This document shows positions 38,510-49,512 of a stretch of 64,000 nucleotides of DNA, piece by piece. The notes beneath the pieces are model-generated. The model saw nothing but the letters and a program-made list of their open reading frames with translations, made no database searches and had not been told where the DNA came from. The first letter of the stretch is position 1, and each line of letters opens with the position of its first letter. The DNA comes from Squalus acanthias (taxonomy: Eukaryota), in contig CM059447.1 of NCBI GenBank assembly GCA_030390025.1, positions 11,594,001-11,658,000 of the forward strand, written 5' to 3'. A program made the translations under genes and the position numbers.

Positions 38510-39985
38510 GGGCTAGAAATTCATTATAGCCCAGGAATGGCCGGTATCTTTAGAAAAGTTTGAGAATTAGCGCCATGCACTAATGCTTTAGACTGCACGC
38601 AAAATTCATTCTCACTGCTCAAAGAAATGATTGGGGCGATAAATCAAGTCTTAAAGGACTAACTCAGTGGCGTTACACTCAAAGGGTGGACCAATATCGG
38701 GTGCAATCTAATCTCAACTCATCATTGCCACAGGCTTTTCCCAGCACTTAATGGGGAGGTTCATTAACACTGCAGCACCTCATTCTCAGCATTGCTGGCT
38801 GTGCAGCTGCCTCAGCAAGGAGAAGCACAACAAGGAGAAGGAGCTGGAGGACTGAAGCAGGTGTGCTCATGGCAGATCCACCTCAGTCGGGTGGTCAGGG
38901 TGACTGAATGCTTCAACAAATGCTCCATACCACCATCTGTACCACAAGCTTCACACACTGCCCAAAGCACCACACCCCCAGCGCTCACCCATCAACAATC
39001 TCTACCTACCAACGCTCGCACCCACATCTCACGCCTTGCACATAATGACAGCTATTCAACTATGGCAGGCACAAGGGTCATTAGTTATTAGAATGAATGT
39101 GATATGTGTGATATCTTTATGCATAAATTTATTAATGGAGTTTGCAATATTTTGTGGTGTCTCTCATTTCACCTTTGCACCCAGGAGGACGCTGTGATAT
39201 GGCATGAGACAGGGACAGTACGATGGGCATGTGGTGAGCAAAAGGGATCTGGGATTTAAGTCATCCTGGTGTGAGGCTGGAGGTCTGTTTGGAGGAGGTG
39301 GCAGAGTTCTGTGACCACCACCTTGGTGATGCGGAGCTGTCTAATACGCTGCTCCTCGCTTAATTGAAGGTAGAGAAGTGCTGTCGGAATACCCTCGGAG
39401 GGTAAGGCCTCCTGGTGAAAGCCCTGATGGCCCTCCTCATCCCTCTGTGCACATGTTCCCATATTTCTGTAAATCCTGGAGGGTGAGGTGGCATGCCAGT
39501 ACAGCCCCCCATTAATGTTGCCAAGTGTAGCAGTTTGAATCTTTGAACAATAAATGTAGCCACTTTGCACTTGCCAGAAGACTGCTGATAAAAAGAAGCT
39601 TGAAATTACTCATACAAGCTGCTCCACTGGCTGAAACGGACAAGAAACCACTGAAACTAACCTGCTCTGACAGCTGCGAGTGATTAATGCTGATGCCTTT
39701 AAATAACGTCGCTGGAGCCGACTTCCTGCAGCTATGATCCTGCTCTCCCTGTCGCTGTCTGGTCGAGGCATAAAGGTAAGTGGCGACAATGAACTTTCCA
39801 GATCCGGTGCCCAGTTGCAAGCTCACTGACGTCACGATCTGCCTGGCGTTGAAGTCCCCAGCGGTACCTCGTACCGGCGGCGCAACGGGGGGGGGGGGGG
39901 CCGGATTTGCCTTGCGGCGTTGGATTCGCCTCGCCCCGGCGTTACTTCATCAGCGACCCATTACCGCCCTCTGAATTTTTCCCCC
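38510..39985. mobile_element. Harbinger element (1.48 kb) with a transposase 5' remnant, inserted in an L2 LINE
   Basis: TIRs GGGCTAGAAATTCA ... TGAATTTTTCCCCC; TSD AAA/AAA. Minus-strand RRPYPPRVFRQHFS / YLQLSEEQRIRQLRITKVVVTELCHLLQTDLQP at ~39256-39450. Confidence 0.83.
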
Positions 39986-41389
39986 AAAGCCTGAGGAAAG
40001 GGAACTGATGAGCCCATGAAAGAGCATTTGGCCAAAGTTGGTCTGGTGGAGGATATGAGCTTGGTGAGGGTCTGGGAGGAGATTAGAGAGAATCTGTAAT
40101 GTGATATGACACCATGGCAAGGGTATGGAGATATTAGGAGAGTACAGGGTGGGAGAAGAGGAGGGGGGGGATTATGGCTAGGGCAACTAAGTGGATGGTT
40201 TCACCCGTTGAGATGAAGAAATACATACGTTCCTCACATATGAGGTTTGATGGAGGGAGCAGCGGAAGGAGATCAGAGAGGACAGGTAGATAGAAAAGCC
40301 TGGTCTTCCGCTAAAGTGGGTTTAGTTGTCAATGAGCTTCTATTACGCTACTTTGCTGCCATAATAACCAAATATAAACCACTTCCCATTTGTTATATAC
40401 AAGCTGGCGTGGACTTGTCTTGGCATTAAAGTGAGGAACAGAGCCTACTCAACTAACCTTACAAGAAAGTCACACTTTCAGGAAACCAAATTGAGAAATT
40501 TTGTGAAGGAATTTTTAAAGCAACAGGACATTTATTGAGTCTCCTGCAAAAATAGTGTCAGAAAGTGTTTGCAATCATAACAAAAGGTTTTTAAAAAAAA
40601 TACCCAGTACCACCAAAAATACATTAAAATGTTTTTAAAACGGTCTAATGACCATACAAGAATGGCTTTACTGAAGTTCGCATACAACCAGGAATGTAGA
40701 AAATCGTAAAAGTGTAATCGTGCGCTACCAGCTGCTGAAAGCCACGGGGTTATTATCATCCACATTCTCATGGCGAAGACCAGAACAACTGACTCTGTCT
40801 CTAGTACGTTCATTTATAACACAAGATCATGCAATTCATTCTGCTCATATATCAAAAGAGAGTAGATAAAATTAGATATTTGAAAAGATAACCAAAAAGA
40901 CAAAAAGCTGGCATCTTGTAACCTAGTTACATTTTCTAAATAGAAGAGGAATTTTGAAATTAACTTGCTTTTACATCCCAAGGTGTTTCCCAGATACTAC
41001 AGCATTTCCTCCTCGTGGAGGGTATGGGCAGAGGTTTGTGGGACCACCACCTACCACCAATCTCTCTCTCTCTCTCTCTCGCAGTCATTTGCTATCTTTT
41101 TGAAAACAAATACAATGAGTGAGAATTACATTTGGTTGCCAGAAGATGCAGTAAAACCCAGGTGTCGGCATGCAGGTCACCATGCACCAAGCAATTACTT
41201 GATGCTTTTAGGTTGCATGAAAGGCTTTGAGTGAAGCAACACTTCCAGGTGCATGCTGAGAGCGTAAAGGGCACTGCACAGCCTCCTGAGCATTAATGGT
41301 AGCAATTCAAGTACTTTAACAGAATATGAGGGGAAGAGCATTATAAGTGACAGACATGCTTAGTACACTGTATTGTTGAAAGGTGTGGC

Positions 41390-41860
41390 TGGTCCTTCTG
41401 ATCTTGGTAGACCTGGTAAGGTCATTAAACTTTTTCCACCACTGAGTTGCGTTGCGTACAGTGGTCAAGTTTGTTTGTTATCGCCCTGGCCGCCTCCTGC
41501 CACTGCGGCCGTGTTTCTCCCTTTGAGGGCCTGATTCCATTTGTGCGCAACAAAGCCTCCCTCCACTGGCGGACATCCTGGAGAAACACTTGCACAGTTT
41601 TGTCTCTGAACCTGGGTGCTTTGGGCCATCCACCAGACCTCACTGAGGCTCTTCAAAGAAGCCAGCTCTTTGTTCTGCAGCCAAAAGGTTTTTTTTGTAT
41701 TATGGCCCTTTTAAGCACACTAATTCCTTCCCCCAAATGGCAAGCTCCCAATGACTGGTATCCTAATGCCAGGAGTTTGCCATTATTATGGTAATTAGCA
41801 GGGTCAGTCTATTTCCTCACACGCTGCCAATTTTCTGCCCGCGTGAAAACTCTAGGCTCT
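41390..41860 (-). mobile_element. Old Harbinger fragment with degenerate Myb/SANT exon
   Basis: KAPRFRDKTVQVFLQDVRQWREALL...WQEAARAI, then frameshifted KKFNDLTRS; TIR-like GAAAACTCTAGGC near 41846-41858. Confidence 0.7.
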
Positions 41861-43612
41861 TGTCTCTGGGCAAATAAGCAACAGGAGTTTTAAATACTCC
41901 CTATAATATCCATATCTATTAATTTGCTATGAAGCTAATTCTGAGATGATTGTTCGTCTCCTTTGGCTGTTGTAGTCCTTATTGCTTAAATAAAGAATGT
42001 TCCATACACCAAAGGAAATCACAAGACACTGTTCCTTTAGAAGCCAAAACCCATATGATTTTTACTTTGCTCCCTCAGCCAAAGTCAGTGCAACGGTAAG
42101 GTGCTTTTTTTTAAGTGAGCAACATGAAGTTAGTGATAGTTATAGATTCAAAAGAAAGGAAGATTAGTTTATGCAGAAACAGAGTAAAGTCCCAAGCCAT
42201 TGCTATAGATTCTACGGATGACCTAATTTCCCATGTCCTGTTCATAAATTTAGAAATTGAAGAGTCCTTTGGGGACACATGAAAGGCTAATCTGGCATCA
42301 CAGTCTAATATCTTTAAGTTTGAAGTCCTCATCAAAACGAGAGCACAAGTGAAATAATACAGATGGGATCAGGATTCTACATAAAAAGAATCCTCTTTTC
42401 AGCCCTGACAGCACAAAGCCAATTGCTATTACTATTCTATTTCTATTACCTTTCCAGGAATGGAATTCCTGGGCCATAATAGTGGCAATGACCTGATACT
42501 GCAACCCAATGGTATTCAAACACTCACTCTTAGCAACTGATACCCATTCATAGCGACAAATGCGAACCAAATGAATCTGTAATTTAGCTCCCATTTACAA
42601 CCATAAATGACACAACTTTGCATAATCCAAATGTTTGAAGCTCCAACATTAATCGCTGCCTTTGCTTTCCCGCCAGTGTAAAGAGTGGTAACGCTGAAGG
42701 CAAAAGGCTACAGAGTCAGAATGTATGACTCTTCCAAAACCTACTGGTCAAAGGCCTCCTGCATGACCCCAATACCATAATCACAGTACAGTGATGTTGC
42801 TCCTACTTAACAGTATCCTGCTTCTCTAGTTATGGAAGAGGTTTGAGGGTGTTTTGAACATACTGCATATGAACCCACATGCAGCACGAGTAAGCAGCAG
42901 CTTCTCCAATTATTTCTGACCTTTTTACCCTAAAACTTCTCTCATTGCTGGAGAAGCAACGCACCAGCAAATACAAGCATAACTGCTGCGCTAATGGTAG
43001 TGAGGAAAGAAGCAAGAAGGTTCAACTTAAACAGGCCATGTTTTCCATTTTTTAATCCCCTTTTTCACAAAACTGACCTGCACTACAAAAAAAAGGAGAA
43101 TTTACATTTATATAGTATCTTATCACGTCCTCAAGACAGCCACGTAATTGAACAGAATGGTTTTTTGGCAGGAGGGGGAAAAGCCCTACAAGTACAGAGC
43201 TGCTTTTGAAAGGAGCTCTGCAATATAATGGGGAACCAGAAATCATTCCTGCTCCATTGTTAGCATCAGAAAGTATGCTTTCGCTGACGAAGAATTATGC
43301 TGCCACATTATTCCCCCTTCCATAATCTACCTGCCCATCAACTAATAAACTCTCGCAGTGCTGACAGACACATTTAAATGTCAGCTGCAACTGAGATTTA
43401 AACTCATGACCAACATATCTATCACTGGAGATGACAATATTTAAAAAAATATATATGTTCAGCTATGGATGTATAAACTAAACATACACATCTGTACCTT
43501 GGACCTCACGATCTGTTGGGAACATTTCAAGTGCCTACTCAATAAGTTATGCATACTTCAAAAGAGAAAAACAGAATCATATTAGGATGTTAATTATTTC
43601 TCCTAATTCCCG

Positions 43613-43632
43613 CCCCCCCCCCCCCCCCCCCC
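43613..43632 (+). repeat. poly(C) tract
   Basis: About 20 consecutive C. Confidence 0.9.
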
Positions 43633-45439
43633 ACCCACCACCACGAGAAAAAGTTTTCCTCATTGCTCTCTCCCTGCGAGAAATACTTTTCATTCAAGTT
43701 CAATCCAGATTCTTCCCCCCCGCCAAACCATCCCCGAGTTCCCGTAGCTCGGGACAAACAAATCAGCAAACACCAATTCCCAGCCCTCAAACAAACCAGG
43801 GCACCAGTCACAAACAGCCTAACTGGAGAGATGTTGGCGAAAGCAAACAAGAGGTTACAGGAGATGGAAAACTGCAGCTGCCGGAGCAGAGAGGAAGATT
43901 AGGACAATACACTAAGCACTTAATTTCTCTTGAGACACAAGGTGGGAGGTCAAAAATCATTAACACTCACTCCATGAATTAACATGAAGGTCATTGTTAC
44001 AGTACACTTGCTGATGTAAGCAAAGTGAAGGAATGGGCCCAGTGCCACGTTGAGTATTTAGAAAAAGCATTTTTTAAGAAGCCAAAAGTACACTTGTGGT
44101 TACAACACTTCCAACACTGGAAGCTCTCAGTATTTTTTCATAAATGTAATTAATTTAGAAAATCAGCTTCCATAAATGCTTCTGAAAAGGTAGAAAGTTG
44201 GTATTTGCCAGAACGAGATCTAACTGATGCACTAAATAAAACCTTTGACAAAGTACAAATTTTCACTAAGAAGCTCTCCCTTGTGCTAGTCAACAAATGC
44301 TTCCCAGCAATAATTAAGCCATTTTCTTTGAAAATGAAAATTTGAAATTTTATATATCAAATGTATGTTTCTGCTTTATGCACATCTTTACCTTTTTCTT
44401 ATCCTCAGTTCCTCTCTTCATCCCTCTAAAAACCACTATGCTTCCATCTTTTTCTGACCTATAGCATTTTCTGCGATCACTGTGAATGATAAACTGACAT
44501 AAGACAACAGAAGGCACAGTTGCAGCAAGAAGTGACAATACTATTAGTTTTTCCCCTCTAGAATTGGAATTCCCGCCATTGCATAGAACTTCATCTTGTG
44601 GACCAGCCAAGGAACTTGTTCTCGCTGGCAGCACTTGGACTCGATGGACAGGTAAGCCCTGGATTCAAACCTATAACCATCCAAATGCCAGGCAATTGGT
44701 GTACTGCCTGTAGTACCCTCCTGCGAAATGACACTTCTGTGCTTATATTTCAATTAGTTGTTCTTCTCTCTGTAAATGCACAATACAAGAAACCTTGTAA
44801 ATATTTCCTTTCCAGTTATATGATGCTACCTTGTACAGCCACTTCTGTAAAACCAGCCAATGTAAGGTCTAAAGTCACCCATGGTGATAAATTCACCTAT
44901 CTGAAGCAGTCCTGGAAATCAAACACCCAACCATACCATTCAGCTACTGGGCCATCTGAAGTTTAATTTGTTTTTATTTTAGTTGTGATCCATCCAACAT
45001 TTCAATCAAATCTTTGAATTGTTAAAAATAACCAATCTCAGCATATTTGGAGTAAGTTTTGAAAAAGTCTAGCAGATCACAGTTAAAGAAAAAGGTGCTG
45101 AGGCAAAGCTCCGTACCCAGTCCCAACTATTTCAGAATGAAATACTAGCACTAGAACTCTAGATGGAAACCATTCATATTGCCTCAACTTTAAATGTGTG
45201 CAGGAGTAGCAAACAGCAGATAAGACTTAAGTGCAAGGACAAACTGAAAAGCTAAGAACTCTCCTCAAGATTTACACATCACGCAGAATTGATTCAAAGC
45301 AGATTGAATGCATCCGAACCAGAGCAGAGCCAAAGCAAGGAAGGCAAACAGAGAGGAAATTAACAAGGGGAAAATAGGGGTAAAGCAAAATGGCAGGCAA
45401 GAAAATATTTGACTTTGTCGAGCCTCAGCGTGACAAAGG

Positions 45440-45850
45440 CATGGATGGGAAATAGGTAAGGGTGGAGGTGGAGATGTTTTGGAGGTGGAAGAACACAATC
45501 TCGGTAACAGCTCAAGTGTGGGAAGAAAGCTGAGCTTAGGGCTAAACAGTACACCAAGGTTCTGCACCTTTGGATTCAGTCTTGGGTGACAGCTGGAAAA
45601 GTTCATGAATTCAAGGCTGTAGGCATGTAATTGCTGTCGGGAGCCAAAGAGGATCATTTTCCAACAATTAACTGGAGGTCTTAGTGCCAGTCAACTAGTT
45701 AAAGAGTGTGGCAACGGGATCAATGGACGAGGTGTAGAGTTAAAGCTGGGTGTCATCAGCATATGGAAGTTGGCTCTAAGCTTCCAGAGGATGTCACAGA
45801 GCACGTAAGTAATGAAGAAAGAGCTGGGTGACTTTGGAGCCTTGTGGTAC
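45440..45850 (-). mobile_element. L2 LINE RT fragment
   Basis: GCTGGGTGTCATCAGCATATGGAA (YADDTQL on the minus strand); PKVQNLGVLFSPKLSF. Confidence 0.7.
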
Positions 45851-47955
45851 AACAGAAGTGGCTGAGTGGGCATTAATATTAGCATTAATCTTATATAATG
45901 CTTCCACAAAAAGAGATAAATAAGTGCTGTAGAATTAGAATGCAAGCAATAACACAAGTCCTCCTAAAATCAATGTCAATGGAAAGCTATCTTAACCAAA
46001 ATGTAGTCTTGGGACATAGGTCAATGTTAGACTAAAGTTACCCGTGGTGATAATGACAATCGGTTTGTCCCACTTTTCCTATAAACCAAGATAATGTTAT
46101 AGGTTCTTAATCTTGAATCAGAATTGAATTAATCTCTTAGCCCGCACATCAATGATTGTGTTTTGAAGTAATCATTAATGGACCAGTTGGTCTTTTCCTG
46201 CCCGTCAGTTTTGTATGTTCCTATAACCTTTTCTCACTAGATGATGATTGCAGGGAAGCTACAGATGTTGATGGCTGAAATACATGGAGAACTAGGAGCT
46301 CTTTAACTGTAAAAATACTAATGATTAAACAGAAGAGTTTTCTGCGCAATATAACAAAACTAACTAGGTACAAATCTCAGGACTTCCTGCTTTTCAGACA
46401 GATGCAGGTAATTTCTTCAAATCACCAACCAGTGCAAAAAAGAAGCCATTTAAAGAAAATAGAGGCAATTCTGTGTTTATCATACAAGTAAAGTTGGCCT
46501 TATAATTCATTAGTCCAGGCAACAATGTTGTAAGTGAGTTATATATAGGGCTGGTTCACAAGTGTGAAAATTACAGCCTTTCCTGGAAAGTATTCTGCTT
46601 ATACAACTGTGCTGGAGTTTTGGGGGAAAAAATGGTGGATTGTATCTGAGTGTAAGTTTTTTTTTAAAAACATGAAAACACGGAGCCCCATGAATTGTTA
46701 ACTTCCGACACTTTAAGGGCTGACAATTCCTCAATTGCCTGGGGTCTAGTTTGCAGTCTAGTTTTTTTTTGCTGAATCAGAATTTGATTAATTTTGCTAT
46801 GTTAAAGAAAAGGTTTATTTTTGGATTCAATTGGGGGCTGGCTTGGTGTTTTCTTTCTGGCCTTGCGATAGTTTTTGCCCCCCACCCCGCCCCCCTCAGT
46901 CTGCAGCAAGAGACAGCAACAACTGCTGCAGAGTTCACAGGTGGTGCAATTTGCAACCCTCAGACGCTGACTTAATTTTTTTCAGATCCTCAGGAGGTAC
47001 AACTACAGTTTGCAAACATAAATGAAAAAGAGAATACTGGAAACGCACAGCTGGTCATTCAATCAGGGTTTTGCTTTTAATTGACTGGCCAGCTGTGCAG
47101 TTCCAGCATTTTGTGTTTGTTGCAGCTTTCCAGCATTGTGTGTTTTTCTATTTTCCAAACACAATGGTGTTGCACTGCAATAAGAAACGTTTCACATTCT
47201 GTTGCAACAGAACAGCATCGATTTATCGAATTACGAATACTTGCAGAACAACACCTCCAAACCATTTAATGAGTGCTACCGTGAAAGCAGATAATATTCA
47301 CTTTCAAAATTATTTTGACTGTGTAAATGAAATTGTATAAAGTGATGATGTGAGCAACAAAATACTGCATTTGGAGTGTCGTACACACCAACTGTAGATG
47401 CACTGGAGACGCAAGTTTTCTTTGAGATGGATTTGATTGGCCGCATAATTACACTACAGTGAATTGTAATATTTGTGCTCATGGGAAAAAGCTGACTTTA
47501 AGAGAGTCCCACTGAACTTATATAGCCATGACTGCTACCTCTTCATTCCACGAAACATAAAGAGTTTCATAACTAAGATTTATTGTTGCTGTGGTGCAAT
47601 ATTCTTTGATGGTTAACTTATTCAACAAATGCCTTTTGAAACTAATCTATGATATTTAAAATTCAAATGCTTACATTTGCAAATATCAAAACAATTGAGG
47701 GCTATTTACATATCAACTTGGAAATCATTTGACTCGCACTTGATATCTTTTGTGACACATTAATCCTTTAAACCCCAGTCACGTAAAAATATAACTATGA
47801 AATGCTATCACATTTGAGTAAAAGTAATTAAGTTCCACCGTAATCCAATGTCGTTTCAAAATAATTCTAATACAAATATACAAAATTGACGGGCAGGAAA
47901 AGACCAGCTGGTCCATCACACCATGATGGCTGGAGCATCGTGACTAGATATTTCC

Positions 47956-48117
47956 CAATGTTGCGTTTAATTTTTTTTGGGTGCGCGGCCCCTTTAAGGG
48001 GCTGTGCGGACCATTCAGAATACGGCGCACGCGCGGTTTTTCCTATTTAAAAGCCGATGAGCCGGCTGCGTGGGAGCTGCAGAGCGCTGCGCGGCCGCAC
48101 AGCTTAAGGGAACATTG
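47956..48117. mobile_element. Small CAATGTT-ended MITE (hAT-like ends) nested in another repeat (~47875-48310)
   Basis: CAATGTTGCGTTTAA ... TTAAGGGAACATTG inverted termini; CpG-rich body; TSD not resolved. Confidence 0.6.
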
Positions 48118-49373
48118 CCCCTTACCCCATACCCCGTGGCCATGTAATCTCCAAAAAACAGAGGAAAAAACCTAGGGTCAATAAGGGAAAAAAATACTCT
48201 GAAAAATTCTTCTCTGACCCCCTCAGGCGACCGGAACCAGTCCAGGAGATCACATGGACCACGTGTTATCTGTAAAGCCACTTACCTTTCATATGATACA
48301 CTCTCTGCTCCCAGTCTAATAACAATCGATAATGTGGATAAATTCCAAGTATCAATATATGTAAATTTAAAAGGTTCTACTCGAATTCTAGATTCTATAA
48401 AAGTGGATTAGGATAGCATGAGCTGCCAGAACTTAGTGTGTTGAATTCTATAGGGTTTAGCGACTACCTTTGAAGCATCTCTATTTCATAACACCTGAAG
48501 CATAACCATTCAGCTACTCCCACTCCTCAATTAGGATATCCCACTGCAGAAATTCAATCTCCTCATCTTTGTTGGGCTCAAATGCTATCCCCTGTGTGCT
48601 CAGCTCTTCAAAGTACAGTTCAGATAAAGTTTGTAACACAGAAGGCGCTGCTTACATTTAACTGAGTTATGGGATCCAACCCATTCTAACTGTATAGAAA
48701 AACCTGCTGTTTTGACAGTCAGAGACTGACATTTTAATATTTTTCTTTCAGGCTCTCATTATCTAAAGTCCAGTTGTGAGATGCTGAGCCATAAGTAAAA
48801 CTGGACTTACAGACCATCTCACAGCCTAGACGTCCAATCCACAAGAGATTCTGTGTCAAATGACTGCAATTCAGAACAAATTCTCTGACAAGGTTGGCAG
48901 CCTAAATGGAACAAAATTCACTCTGCTTCTAGTACCACATACAATAATTAAGAAACATCACTTTCTTAATGTGATTTCCACATGGAATTCTATTTTCCAC
49001 AAGTTTTTTGTTTCCATTTTCCTCTTTCTTCAGACAGACATCTTTATGAGTTTGTATGTAATCAGAAAGCTGCTACATTGTTTGTAACTCTATTTTGGAA
49101 AGACAAACATCTTTCGGTAGTACTTCAACCTTCATTTTCTCACATACGTAATCAAAAGCTGTCGGAGCACACATGTTTCCATTTTACAAACACAGTCCAT
49201 ATTTTAACTGAGTTCATAATTTTATTTGCAACAGTCAAGATATTCAGGCTTAACAAAAAAATTATAAAGTATAATTTGTTAAATGTGCAGAATCAGAAGC
49301 AATGGTTGGGTTGGGAACATTAAATCCTGGAACCTATTTGAAATATTACAAAGTATGAAATGTTCAGAATGTT

Positions 49374-49512
49374 GAGGTAGATTTTCATGTTCGCCGCCAC
49401 CCAATTTTCAATCTTTTGATTTCAACGGATGAAAATCAAGTGAGTTCGATAAAAGACACGCAATCCACTCCGCCAGATCGCCGCTCCGGTGATGAAGACG
49501 AATGTCTGCCCC
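49374..49512. mobile_element. Short degenerate palindromic MITE (probably Harbinger-type)
   Basis: Ends GAGGTAGATTTTC ... GAATGTCTGCCCC (9/13 inverted); central ATTTTCA...TGAAAAT symmetry. Confidence 0.45.

Larger units (their letters stand above)
37700..40330 (-). mobile_element. Fragmented L2 LINE hosting Harbinger insertions
   Basis: ITPVL...HINFKILI-like C-terminal motifs at 37950-38030. The flanks of the 38510-39985 insertion join into sequence resembling 26221-26260. Confidence 0.6.
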
